From NCBI RefSeq assembly GCF_009914755.1, contig NC_060933.1: a stretch of DNA of 64,000 bases; one strand, written 5' to 3'. Below the pieces are notes generated by a model that was given only the letters and a program-made list of their open reading frames with translations, was not told the origin of the DNA and did no database searches. Both the position numbers and the translations under genes were made by a program. This DNA is from the human T2T-CHM13v2.0 reference genome, Homo sapiens. Shown one piece after another: positions 46,810-60,490 of this stretch. How positions within the stretch are numbered: position 1 is the stretch's first letter; every line of letters starts with the position of its first letter.

Positions 46810-47600
46810 CATCTTAAGGTTGGAAGGACTCTTAGAGACCATAGTCCAGCCTCCCACTTGATACTGAAACACGTTTGTGAATTCATGGCAGATGTCTAAC
46901 TTCCCTCACCACCTTTCCGATATGGACAGTTCTCATGCCCAGAAGCAAAACCTTCTTTATTGTGCTTGTCCTCCCTTGACTGTCATGCATATAATCAGCA
47001 TCTTTCCCACTAAGTGAAGGGCCCAGACTCGAGCACAGGAGCACAGCACCCCTTAAACTCACGAGGGGCTGCATTCACACCATCAGCAGGGAGATTACAC
47101 TTGTGTCATTTGTGACACTAGACAGGTCAGCTAGCACCATCAAGTACTTTTTTTTTTTATATGAACTGCTATTGTGCTAGGCCTCCCCAATCCTGTACTT
47201 GTGAGGTTCATTTCTTTGAACCCAAATACAGAAATTCCTGTTTATTCCTTTTGCAAATTTGATTATTCAGCCTCTTGGGAGAATTTAGATTCCAAGTTCT
47301 GTCAGTGAGTATATTAGCCATTCCTCTTTGGCTGTCTTAGCCATTCAAAAGTGTGATAAAGATGCTTCCATATGACATATTGAATGAAGTATCAGGGCCA
47401 GGATGTCCTGAAAAATACCTTATTGAGGACACAGCATAAATACAGGAGCCTGCACTCCACTCACCAAAATCTACCATATGGTGATTCACATTTCATCCAC
47501 CAAAATATCATGAAAAATGAGGTCACAGGCCTCGGTGACATCAAAACACTTTTAAAATCTATATCCGTTTCCATTCTACTTTTCTTATGACCCAATTGGG
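46810..47600 (-). mobile_element. L3/CR1-like ancient LINE remnant
   Basis: ggttggaaggactcttagagacc...; ccccaatcctgtacttgtg...ttgaacccaaatacag...tattagccattcctc. Confidence 0.45.
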
Positions 47601-47962
47601 GCAAGGGGAAAGTTCTTGCTACTCATTGACCATTTGCTAAGTATTTCTAATTCATCAGATCAAAAGTTGATTCTTGACGTTTTCTAGGAATTAATAAGCC
47701 AATTAATCTTGGAGAGGGCTCCAATTTGGTTCCCTTTGAACATCAATATGGCTTCACGCATTAGTATTTGCCTATGATTGCCAGCAATGATAGGAGATTG
47801 CTTCTGCCACACTGTGACTTAACTTACTCAGACGTGGAGACTCGAATTTTTAAAAAAAATACCTAACAGGCAATCTTTTATTATCTCTTTTCTTACTTCA
47901 AGCTTTGGTTCCACCTTAACAGTGTTTTCCTGATGCTTTCCCAAGTGCAGATCATTGGCCTC

Positions 47963-47999
<37 letters not shown>

Positions 48000-48181
48000 G
48001 GAAGCTAAAAGGGTTGCCTAATTTTGTGTCCTATATTCCTATTCCACCTTCAACTCTGATCAGCCATTTTAACCCTTTTCCGTCCATCTTTCTCAGAACT
48101 GAACTTAAGTTTTGGAATTTTTTTTCTTTTCCAATTCTCAGTTCTTTGAGGCTTCCTGAATAATTTGTGCTACTTAAAAAA

Positions 48182-48478
48182 TTTTTTTTTTTATTTTTTG
48201 AGACAGGTCTCACTCTGTCACCCAGGCTGGAATGCAGTGGCATGATTGTGGTTCACTGTGGCCTGTAGCACCCGGGCTCAAGCCATCCTCTCACCTCAGC
48301 CTCCTAAGTAGCTAGGAATACAGGCGTGTACCACAAGCCCAGCTAATTTTTAAAAATTTTTTATAGAGATGGGGTCTCACTATGTTGCCAGGGCTTGTCT
48401 TGAACTCCCAGGCTCAAGGAATTCTCCCACCTCAGCCTCCCGAAGTGCTGGGATTACAGGCGTGAGCCACTGCACCCC
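48182..48478 (-). mobile_element. Alu (AluJ-type)
   Basis: gagacaggtctcactctg...ggctcaagccatcctc; TSD-like atttgtgc. Confidence 0.93.
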
Positions 48479-51400
48479 ATCTATTTGTGCCATTCTGTTG
48501 TATTCATACAAGACCTTGAGTCCTACTTTCCAGTTTCCCAATTTTTAGAAATCTGACCTCATGGAGTTAACAAACTGCGTTATCCTTTCAAGGGCCAATT
48601 ACAAATTACTTGATGACTATGAAAACTTCTTATTTACAAAATATTTAGGTTATGCTCCAATTAGGGAATCTACCCAGTTACCTAAAGTTATGGCTGAAGG
48701 CAACTGCTTAGTCAAAGCAATTAGCCTCTAGGAGACCAGCAGAATTGCCCTGAAGTTTGTCAATGGCCCATGTGAGGTCCGTCCTGTACTTTTGCTTTTC
48801 AGATGAATGTACAGGATCTGAAATACACCGATTGTCCCTTAGGCTTCTGAAAGCATGTAGGCAGCTCCCACAGGGCCAGTTGGGGCTTAGTAAAATAATC
48901 AGAGCCCAGTAAATGAGAAAAGTAAATGCATGTAGACTGCCCTGGGCCAGGATGGTCTTAAAGCAAATGATGGACATCTTGCATGATGTTTTTCAATGCT
49001 GGAGCAATTGTTTTTCCATGTTCAGAAAGTCAGTGGAAACAATTTAAACAGATAGGTAGTCAGCATATAAATTTAGGAACCCATAAAGCATTGAGTCAAC
49101 ATGTATTAATACTAAAAATTTCTCCAATATACTATGTTAGGCTCTGGGGATTCAAAAGTGGTATCAATTTTTCAGAAAGAATCCTATATACCAGGGTGAT
49201 TAAAAATTTTTTTAAAAGCTAATGCATTGGTGGGTCACTATGAAGGAAATTAAAATGTAAACTCAACAAACCAATTCTTCTATCTCATGTCTAACAAATG
49301 ATGAAGTAGCTGGAAAAATGAGTTCTGTTATTTTGCATTCATGCACCCATTAAGTGGAAAGTAAGCTGCAGATTTTGATTTATTAAGATTGTACAGCTTT
49401 GTAGCCAGCCACTTCTGCTCAGAGCTTACCTCCACCATGAAGCAATCTCTTCACCTGGAAGTCCAGTTGCCTTCATTTCTGGAGGCATTGCAGAGCCCTA
49501 TGGAAGTCAGTACCCTGGAGTAGAAAGTCTAAACAGGGGGCCTGTGGTGATACACGTGTAACTAGAGGCATCCCTGCTTCCCTGGTAGACCGTCCTCCGC
49601 TCCAGGGCCATTGCCACCATTTCCTTTAGGCCCCATTATGCTGAGCATGGTGGATTCTTTAAACAGGCCAGGCTGTCTGACCTCAGTGTTTCCGTATCAC
49701 TGCAGACAAGCACAGCCTCTTGATCCAAGTGACAAGACCATGTTGACCCCAGCTCTGCAGGGTCCAAGGCCACCCATGCTGGGAGGGGTACAGAGCTCCT
49801 TAGCCCCCAGCCCACTGCAGATGATGAGGAGGAAACCCAGCAAGAGGAAGGGCTTCCCACCCAACCACAGCATGGGCTGTAGGAGAGGTCATTCCTCCTT
49901 CTCGCCCACTAGTGGACTTCCCATTTCACCCCCTTCCCTGCCAGGGGATTATGTTTCCATCCACAGAGCTTCTAAAGCCCCCCAGTGATGATCACTTCAT
50001 ATCCCATAGAAGTCATATTCCACACTTTTTTGGAAGCAGTGCTCCATGGAAAGGTCATTGGGTTTACAATCCCTGCTTCAGGAGATACCAACTCCAAACC
50101 GCATTCGCACAAATTGTATTTTATTTTGTTTAGTGTTTGACCTGAGACTTAATTAGTGACACATTCTCTTCAAAAGTGGCACTTCCGAGAGTTAACGCCA
50201 TCAGTCTCTTTACTGTCCTGGCCGTGGTGGATACAGTCTTGCCCTGGCTCTCACGATAAGCTGCATGCTTGCTCGGATCGGGCCGCGGGGGTGAGGTCAG
50301 CCTCGTGGCTGACTTCCAGGGAGTTCTGCTTCCACTGAGAGAATACTCAGGCTTCCCGGGAGCTCCGGTTTCTTTTTAACTTATCATCTTTCAGTTTTAT
50401 CTGAGTGGCTGTCACTTCAGGTAACTCCAGCAGTGCCATTCCCTGCCAGCCTCTTCTTGCCTGCCCTGAAGTGACCCTGCGGTCCCCTCCCCATTTTCTC
50501 CTCCCCCTAGACTTCCTCCACGAGGTGAGTCCCCACTTGGTTCAGAGCCAAGGTGACAGATCTGTAGACATCATGGGAAATGGCTTGGCCTAGAGCACTG
50601 TAAAAAGGATTCTTCTTTGCTGGGCTGACAGCCAGACAGCCACTCACTGCCTCCCTGAGACCTGGGCCTGTGACTCTTGCAACCCCAGACACGGAAGACC
50701 CCAAAGAAGCTTGGCTACCCTCAGTTGTATTCAGTCTCCAGAGCAGGACAGACCTGTGAATGGTGTCTCCCAAGCATGTTGGCCACCCAACTGCACTAAA
50801 TGCCACATAGTGCCAGTGCCAGGAATATTTGAATTTCTCCCAAGACACTGAGTGCAAACTCTTCGTCAGTTCAGAGCAGACTTCCCAGTGTAAGGTGGAG
50901 CTAATTCTTCCAATGACAAAGCATGACAGAGGGTCCCAAACCTACCCTTTAAAAACATGCAGGCAAATAGTATCTTGACTTAAATCAAGAGGAGAAACCA
51001 TGTGAATATTTAGACATCTTTCTTTGTTCATCTTTCTTTGTTCTTCCTCTCATGCTCCAGAACTGAGCAGGGTGAATATTGGAGGAGAGTATCTCACAAT
51101 TCGTATTTTAATCTGGGCAATTTAGTAGAGTATTTGCATGGTAATGACCTATGCCGTCAGACTACCAAGCTCTGTCCTTTCTCTTTCCCTTTAGCTGGTT
51201 CTTCCCCGTATTGAATCTTAGCACCCTGAACATATCTGACTTTCTTCTTCTTCTTTTGGCCATGGAATAAGGAACTTCAGCTTAGCTTTTTGTTTGTCTT
51301 CTCTTTCCCCATGAAGTTATATGAACCTCCTGCCTTCTTTGTCAATTTTTTTTCAGCCGAGAGCAGCTTGCCAAGTTGAGAACAAATCATTCCTTATGGT

Positions 51401-54357
51401 CCAGTTAACTTTGACCCACTGGCTGAAAGGGGATTACATGACAAAGTCAGGATGATCAAATGATGGGATTGGCTCAGGGCAATAGAATGGTGAAGTCAAA
51501 GTGATCAAACATGGAGCTGACCAGAACCACTCGAGAGCCAGGGGGCTCAACTGGGGTCTTGGGGCAGGAAGCTCTGACCTCCAGTCATCCAGTGTGGTCA
51601 GCATTCATTGAAATGGAGCAGCCAATCCTGGCATAACAGTAATCTGTAGCTACCCTTTCTGTATAAGGGCATTTTAGTCTCCATAAAACTGGACTCAGAG
51701 TTCAGCTATGATTCTGATGTAGGGTTTACTATATTTGGAGAAAACATATGGAGTGTTGTTGTTTGTTTTGTTTGTTTTGTCTGATCCACCAAAGGCCCTG
51801 TTTAGATTGTATCAAGTTATGCTTTCCCAACACTTACTTTCTTCCTTCCTTTCCCTTGTGGCTTTACAGACACAAACAAACAGCAAGCAGCAGGCAGGTG
51901 TTCTGTGTTAGGTCCTAGGGATGGTGCTGAGTAAAGTGGGTGCAGTTCACGTATCCTTTAGCTGGAGCCAGGGTCCCTGCTGACTCTGCACACCGCCCAC
52001 TGGGCACTTGCAAGTCTGTTGCACTGACGTGTCTTGTTAGTAAATTCCTGAAGTCATAGACCATATCTGAAGCATGTAGGATTCACTACGGCAGTGAGTC
52101 CCAGAAAGTGAAGGAACTGGGCCTAGAGGAAGGCAGTGGTGCATCTCTAGGCTCAGGACTCTGCTCTAAGGAGTCTGCCAGGCTCCAGGCTCCTTCCTGT
52201 CACCACCATGCTCTTCCTTGGAGGTAGCTGTCATGGCCAGTATTTACTGTGCTCTCTATACCCAGTCCATCTGCTCTCAGTTGCCACCCAAAATACCCAG
52301 CCCCACTGCCTGCCTGAAATAAAAGAAAAACTCCAAATCCTTTGCCAGTCTCAAGTGGTGAAGAGGGCTGAATCCATCATAGATTTGCCTGTGGCCTCTA
52401 GGCAGCCCTTTCACCAGTAGCCAGAAGGAGGCAGAAGGAGCACCAGGCCTGAGGAGGTGGGTGGCCTCCTCTCCCAGGCCTGAGTCAGTTGGTCCACACC
52501 CTTCTAATGGGTCAATCCCAGGAAGGTCTGAATCCACCTGGGCACCTCCCACCTCCACCTCTGTGCTTGGTTCTTCCAGACCATGAAGGAGCAGGCACTG
52601 TGATTGGCATCCTGCCTTAGGGAATAATCTGAAAGTGTTGAAAATGCAAAGGAAACAGTGAATATAGAGTCCACTTCCAGGAAGCTGCCCGTTTAACTGG
52701 GAGAGAGGACCAAAGCACACCTTCCCAAGAAAACTGGACTTCAGAATGCTTCAAAACCAAAAATATGTAAGGAAGGAAAAAGGTTTTGTGGTTAACAGCA
52801 ACCCCAAACCATGTGAAATGCCGAATGCTATTGCCCCTCGTGGAAAGGGCCAGTTAGCTGAGTCCTGCATAGAGCACCCTGTTGTGACTCTGTTTACCTA
52901 CTTTTGCTTAAACTTGCTTGGCCATGACTCCCTTTCTCCAAGCAGCATCTCTTTATATGAGCTCCAGAGACCCACTTTGGGAAATATTCTTCCAGATGGA
53001 TCTTGGACCTTCCTCCTGCAAAGAGGTATCATAGGAACAAGGGGGAGTGAATGAAGGCACCCACTGCTATCTTTCTAATCTCCCCTCAGTTTAATCCTCA
53101 GCCGCTCTGGTTTGTAAATTTCTTAATGATAAAGAGGTATCTTGAGCTACCTGACTCTCAGCATATTTGGTTTCCTTGTCCCCACGTGCAATACCAAACC
53201 AGTGCGTGGAGCCCGACCCACGCTGGCCTTGGGTCCTCGGTTATGCCACCTTCTTCTCCTTTGCAGTCTTCCAGGAGACCTTGTCCTTGGGAGGATGCTT
53301 TCGCCAAGGGACCGACCTCTCCTCTGCTCTCCTTGGCCCATTGCGCTGTTCGCCCTTCTCTTTCTGCATCTCTTTCCTACCTCTGTGTGTTGTTCTGGTT
53401 CCCAGGGTGACGGACTGCTGTTTATCCCCTCAGTAAACTCTGCTTCTCCCTGTTGGTGCCGTGGCAACCTGAGCTGCTTGCTCTACAAATCACAGCCCAT
53501 TTAACCGAGCCCTTGTATTAGTTTAAAATAGTTTTTGGAGGGTTGTACTTTTTTTTCATGATAATAATAATTTTTTAAAAATCACCGCTTTGCTTTTTTT
53601 TTTGGTAAAAAGTATTGCTTTCCTCTGCCTCGTAGCTTCTTGAAGGGCAGAAAGAGAATAACTCCAGGTGTGGGCTACATTCCAAGGGAATTGTGTACCA
53701 CTTGGTGCTGAAGTACTGAGTTCCCATACAGGGTTTGCCTTCATCCTGTGCTGAAATCCGTGAACATGTTGGGGTTAGGATCAAAGAAGGGGTTCCCGCT
53801 GAAGGTGCAGGGAGAGTGTTTCCTCTTCACACGCATTCTGCTAAAGGTGAAGTCAGTATAGATACGCACTGGGCATTCACACCAGGCAGGAGGAAGATTA
53901 GGTAGCTGCATTTACTGGATCATGTATAGCATTTGGGATTTGTGTGTTTCCCAGGGTGGAGATCTGCTTCACCGCAGAGACTGGGGAAGGTAAAGTTGGA
54001 GGCCAGCAATAAGCCCTGCCCAGCCAGAACACTGAAGGCATCTCAGTGAGGGTCTTTGAGTTTTGTTGTTTGTGTTGAGGTCCCTCCTAAATGATGCAGC
54101 ACTTTCCTTGAAAGGTGGGAAATTGTTGCCATGATGAGAAGCAGAGAACTTGAAAAGTGAGTCCATGAGTGCTGATGGGATGAGAGGGCCCGTTTTTCTG
54201 AGCCTGGGACAGGGCCTGCATTCAGGGTGGTTTGGACACCCTCACTCCTTTCCCATGCTCTCCTGTGAGGCTGCTTGTGACCTAGTCACTTTCTGTGTCG
54301 AATCCTTCCTCTGCACAGCTTCTGGGGCGATCTGTTAAACCCACCATCCCAGATTCT

Positions 54358-54870
54358 TCAGTGCTGTTCTGCTGACCCATTGCTGCATAACAAACCACTC
54401 CAAAACGTGGTAGTTGAAAATAACAGTTTATCATGATCTCTTAACTCTTGTGCTTCTGTGGGCTGCCTGGACCCAGCTTAGGGGGTTTTGCCTGGGTCTC
54501 TCAGGTGGTCGCATTGAGAGGTTGGCTGGACCTATAGCCATCTGAAGACTTGATGGCCCAGATGTCCATGACGGCTCACGCACGTGCCTGGCCTCTCACA
54601 GCTGCTGTCAGCTCAGCTGGAGCTGCGGGCAGGAGCAACTGCATGCGACCTCTCTACACAGCCTGGGCTTCTCCCAGCTTGTTGGTTGGCTTCCAAGAGG
54701 GAGCTTCTGAGAACTCAAGCGGAAGTTCCAGGATCACTTCTGCCACATTCTGTGGGTTAGCCAAGTTACTGGTGCCTGCTCAGATTCAAGGGTTAGAGAC
54801 TGGAGGGTCACACTCAAGAGAGCATGTGGGATAGAAAGACAGCTGAATCCATCTTTGGAAGGTGCTGTCT
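54358..54870 (-). mobile_element. Old MLT1 LTR
   Basis: attgctgcataacaaaccactccaaaac...tcacttctgccacattctg...cagattcaaggg...ccatctttggaa. Confidence 0.7.
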
Positions 54871-56729
54871 GCTTCCCATCACCTACTTCCAGCTGAAAGC
54901 TTCAGCATCTAAGCAAAGCTGTAGGGGCCTTTGAGGACCAAAGGAGGCAAACCAAATATGTCTCCATCCGAAATGAAAATAGCTTTGTTGAGTTCCAATG
55001 GGGGGGAAAATGTAGAGACTTAACATTTAGATTTCAAAGTTGTTGCATAGAAAAATGTCAAGGAGAAGTTTGGTGCTGCTTTTCAGCTCCTGAAATCCTG
55101 TCTTCTTGGCTTCTCTGAGAAGTTCACGAAGCTTAGACAGCTTGGTAATTTTCATCCTTTCCATGTGCTTGATGTGTTTAGAGAAAACAGTGTGCGCTCA
55201 CATGCATGTCCTCATTTCATGTTGTCATCATACTTGCACAGATGGGGAAACTGAGGCTCACAGAGGCCTCCTGCTTTCTCAAGTTATTGGCAGAGCTGGG
55301 GCTGACATTGCTCCATCTGCACAGGGCCCTGTTTGTGTGTCTGACCTGACGCCTCCCTGCCGCTCCTCTCTTCCTCTAGAAATACGAAGTAGGCTCTTTG
55401 ATGCCTTCCTGCCTCTGCTCACACTGTTCCTCCTCTCGGAAACCCTGTCCCTAAACACACACCTTCTTCCACTCCTGACTCACGCTCAGCCTTCAGGGCA
55501 CAGCCTAGGAGGCCAGCTTGGGCAGGGGTTTCCTAACTGCACCCTCTCTGCAACAGCAACTGCGTCCCCTTTTTTCTTCTTCCCACAGTGAAGTATTTCA
55601 TGCTTGTCTCTCCTCTAGTCTGTAAACCCTCAGGGTCTTATCTCCTGCTGTAAATGTGAACTATTATCAGATGTTAACTCATCCTTGAGAAACCGTTTCT
55701 GTTCCTCACCCCTTACCTACAACCTGTAATTCTAATATTCTGGCAGAATTCAAGCTGCCTGCTACTCTGGCAGCAAAAGTCTTCTGCAAAAATAGATCAC
55801 CCATAAACCACCACTAAAACCGAGCCAGGGATTTGATAACGAGTTCAAAAGTAGAAATTACTTTGTGTTAATGAGAAACCATATTGCAAAGACTTGGGAG
55901 GAGCGTAAAGATGGAACGTGTCAGCTGTTAGATTTAAACCAGATCTGTTTCCAGCATTAATATAGAGAATTCATCGTAATACTAGTTACCATAAATAATT
56001 TTTAACTGCATATGTATTCGGTAGATGCATATTTAAAGTAAAAACATGAAAAAGGAGATGCTGTTTTCGTCACTTTTTTTTTTGATCTGCACTCACCTGC
56101 TCCAGGTGAGAACTTGTTCTAATGGCATGTCTGGATCAGGGCCAGCAATGAAAAGGTTAGACCCTGGGCTTGGCACCAGCTTATGCAGCAGAGACATTAA
56201 TTGTCATGTCCAGTCAGATTATGCTTTTTCCTTCCATTCTGAATGTTGCGTCTTCTCTGACATTGTATATCCACACCTTCATTCTCCCATGTGAACAGAG
56301 CCTCCCACAAATAAATAAAGTTGACAGTAAGAACTGACTGGATTAAACAAAAGTTAAACAGGTTTCTTTTTAAGGCACCAGGAACTATAGAAGACCTACA
56401 GAAACAGGAATGCTGCCATCCTTGTGCCTTGACCTTGAGAATCAACTTGGGTTTCTTTCTGATTGTTACTAGAATGCTTCCTGAATTCACAAACATGTTG
56501 TACTTTTATTGCATGGCATCTCAGAGCATCTTAAAGCAAAGGTTTTAATTAATTAGAACACCTTGTGAGTCTTCAACTGGGAGGAGAAGGCAATATGACC
56601 CAAACAGATTTAACCACAAACCCCTGCCCTTTGCTTTCCCCTCACAAAACACTTTCCTAGAGTGATGCTGGAGTCTGTCTGTAACTTCACAGTGAGATGT
56701 CTTGTATGACAAACATAATATGTACGAGG

Positions 56730-56960
56730 TCCACACAGCAATGGGGCTCAGTACCTGGAGCTTTGGAGGCGAATACACTTGAGTTTGAGTTCATTTCTTA
56801 GTTATGCAACTTACTCGCTCAGTGATTTGGGACAATCTTTAAAAATCTCCCTGAGACCTGATTTTCTTATTGGTCAGAAGAGATGACGATGTGTATCTCA
56901 TGGAGTTGTGATTATTAATAAAGAAATATGTGTAAAGAGCCTTGCATATGATCCTGGTTA
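56730..56960 (+). mobile_element. MIR
   Basis: ggagctttggagg...tctccctgagacctgattttcttat...tctcatggagttgtg. Confidence 0.55.
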
Positions 56961-57788
56961 CAGTTTCTTCAGTGACTGCAGAGGTAGTAGTCAGATTAAA
57001 TATATCAGTGAGTCAGACAGAGAAATTAGATGTCAGCCTGTTCTTTATGAAGCTTGCTCCTTTTCGCCGTGCGTTTCCTCTTTTTAATAAAATTGGTGAT
57101 TACATTTGAATCAAGTTTTTTAATATAAAACTCATTAAAGGAAGAATGTGTCTCATTATCTTTGTATGTATCTGACCATGAGTAGTTAATAAATGTTTAT
57201 TACATTTAGTGGAAAGTTTTTAATATTAAAATTAATGTGATGTCTATATCTAATGCAACAGACTGTTCTGTCAGTTATTAAACGATGGAAAATTTTAGTG
57301 CATTTTTTGGGGAAAAAAAGTTGGTGTACAGTTGACTTTCATTATGTGTGAGAGTTATTCTCTAGAAATTCACTGCAAACACTAAACCATTGCTCTTAGG
57401 AGAAATCCAGGGTTACCTTCTTGTGAGTCTCTGGTCAAATCATTTTTGTCATTTTTGCACAACCTTGTTTTATGTGTGTTTCTGTTTAAAGACATCGTAT
57501 ATGTATATGTGATTCATTAACATTGAACTCAAGGCAAACAGCACATTACGCATGCCTGAATGAAGCTTATCTAACACACATAGTCTCTCCCTGAGTCATA
57601 TCACAGCTTTGTTGTGCTTAGAAACACTAGACAGCCCCACAGTACTATACTTGGGGGTCATTGTATACAGTGAAATTACCAATAAAAAACATGACACTAA
57701 ATGGGCTGCGGAGAGCACACTCGATTATGGTGTGAGAGCCGAAGCAAGAAGGCAGCTGTTTGACTTCAGCTAGGAACGTGTGCAGCAG

Positions 57789-57830
57789 CCTCTCCAATTT
57801 TCCACGATCCTCTCCAATTTTCCACGATCC
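57789..57830. repeat. Perfect 20-bp tandem duplication
   Basis: cctctccaattttccacgat x2 plus cc. Confidence 0.95.
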
Positions 57831-57897
57831 GTGCATGTCCACAAGTGACTGTGAAAGTGCCAGAAATATTGACTTGGAGGTTACAAATAAATTTTAT

Positions 57898-58203
57898 GCC
57901 TCCTGCAGTGACTCATGCCTGTAATTCCCCGACTTTGGGTGGCCGAGGTGGGAGGACTGCTTTGAGCCCAGGAGTTCTAGACCAGCCTAGGCAACAGAGC
58001 GAGACTCTATCTCTGCAAAAAAGAAAAAAAAGAAAATTAGCTGGGTGTGGTGATATGCTCCTGTAGTTCCAGCTGCTCTGGAGGCCAAGGTGGGAGGATT
58101 GCTCGAGCTCGGGAGGTCAAGGCTGCAGTGAGCTGTGATTGCATCACCACACTACAGCCTGCGCGGCAGAGCGAGACCCTGTCTCAAGAAAAGAAAAAAA
58201 AAA
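57898..58203 (+). mobile_element. Alu (AluJ-type)
   Basis: ggaggattgctcgagc...ggtcaaggctgcagtgagctgtgattgc. Confidence 0.92.
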
Positions 58204-59234
58204 TTACTAAGTAGGTGAATTCACCAGTACAAAATCCATTAATAATAAGGATCACTTGTACTGCTTTATCAAAATTAAATGTCATAGCATGCAAAGAATT
58301 TCTCTTTTCCAGTAAAAAGCTACCTTCCCCCATCCATTGAACAGCCCCAGCTGTATTAATGGTAATTAATTAATAATGCAGCCATCCGTATCGTTGTTAA
58401 TTACTGACTGGCCTCAGTGCATGGGTGTGAGGAGGGGGCAGAAGGGACAAGCGCCCCCAGCGTGGTTGTGGCAGTGGCCTTGCTGCTTTATGTGCATTCG
58501 CTTTGCTCCCTGGTCTGTCTGAGCTCGCCCTTGAAGCTGGATCATGGTATTCCTCTGAGGGCACACGATTTAGGAATCCTCACCAGAAAAGTAAACACAC
58601 AAGCTGTTTTTTTAAGTTGTTGTTGTCTTTGGGGAGGCAGAGGTTGGGTGAAGAGGAACTGTCCCCCCAAAGGAGTCCCGATCCAGGGTGGAAAGCGGGT
58701 CCAGGCCCAGCTGCCCAGGAAGGAAGGGATCGGAGCAGCAATTCACCAACAGTCCAATTCAAATTAGACCTCACAAAGCAAACTACTCTGATTAGGGAAG
58801 AATTGCTCCTCCAGGAGTCTGTCCTCACAGTTTGCTGGCTGCCTGAGGAGACTGTGCTATGGAAATGCCCTACAGGCTTACCCATCACACACAAAGGCTC
58901 CCAGAGGCCCCCAGGTGGGCCTGGCTGCTGGCACTTTGGCTCAGCTTGTGACTCTGAGCTCCCAAGGCCAGGGCCAGCCTGCCTGAGCAGTTATAAGTGG
59001 CAACACACCCTCTGGGTGGGGACAGGCAGCAAAAGGAGGAAGGGAGTGAGGATTTAGCAATAGTTGTATACATCGTTAGCACAGGACAGCCCTGTCATGG
59101 GCTTTTTTTTTTTTGTCCTATGAGGGCTCTTTTCTCTCTGGCAGTCATGAGAGGTAGGTACTTGGGGGGTAATACTGCATCACTGTGAGACTGGGGCAAC
59201 AGTGTGCTGATGAAAATAACTCCAGTTGTCGCAG

Positions 59235-59420
59235 ATTAATAATAGCTAACAGTTACTGAAGACTCCCTATGGTCAGGTGCTGTCCTAAACACTTCATGCG
59301 CTCATTTCATCCTACTCCCTCCAAGACAGGCACTTATTATGCCCACTCTACAGATAAGAAAACTGAGGCCTAGAGTGGCTAAGTCCTAAATAAACCTTGG
59401 GTTACACAGCTGGCTTCTAG
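59235..59420 (-). mobile_element. MIR
   Basis: aataatagctaacagttactga...ctacagataagaaaactgaggcctagag. Confidence 0.7.
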
Positions 59421-60170
59421 CCGTTACACAATTCTGTTGAACTATAATGCAGAACACTTTGTCTAACTCCTCGGGTTCTCAGGGTTATAGATTCAGGCAT
59501 CAGCTGCAGCATATGTGCATTGTGCATGGACTACATGAAGTAGGTCTGCACCCAGGGCCTCAGGAGATGTGAAGATGAGCCTGGCAGCCCTTTGTCCCCC
59601 AGGCATTGGCAGTCTGGGAGGGTGGGAAAGGCAAGAATGGGCAGAAAACAGCAGGTGCCCCTGAGGGGTATGGGGTGCTCTTTCGACTCAGGGATATGGC
59701 AGATTGGAGGAAAGGGAATAGATTGTTAGGGGTGTCAGGGAAGAATAGGGAACGGTATCTTAAAAGAGGTGACATTGCAGTAGGTCTAGAACAAGTTTCC
59801 CAAGCTCATTCTAGACCCTCATTTTACTCTCTGCAGTCAGGGTTAGCCAGTACCCCAGCATCCACACAGAGCCTTCCTACCCACCAGCTCTTATCCCCTC
59901 CTCACCAGCCAGCACTTTTCGTATGGGGACCCTGCAGTGTGAGTGAGGGATCCATTGTCAGGTGACAGAGTCCATTCCCCAGGTTTTGCTGTAAACGAAG
60001 GCACCACAGTTCCCTCGGGCATGAGCACACATGACATTCAGCACCTGCCTTCATCCTGCCATCAGGGCTAACCTGCCTTTACTTACCATCTTCCCATAAA
60101 TAAAATGGAGAAACTTCCAATATAGAACATTTGGAGGTGAAAACGCACGTGGAACAGTTTTTGTATCTAG

Positions 60171-60490
<320 letters not shown>

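Larger units (their letters stand above)
57329..58258 (+). mobile_element. MER82 (TcMar-Tigger) DNA transposon fossil, interrupted by Alu
   Basis: TA|cagttgactttcattat ... aataataaggatcacttg|TA terminal inverted repeats with TA TSD; internal catgcctgaatgaagcttatctaacacac. Confidence 0.88.

Noticed and set aside
51015-51043. 14-bp tandem duplication catctttctttgtt x2
   Set aside because: Ordinary slippage in a pyrimidine-rich tract.
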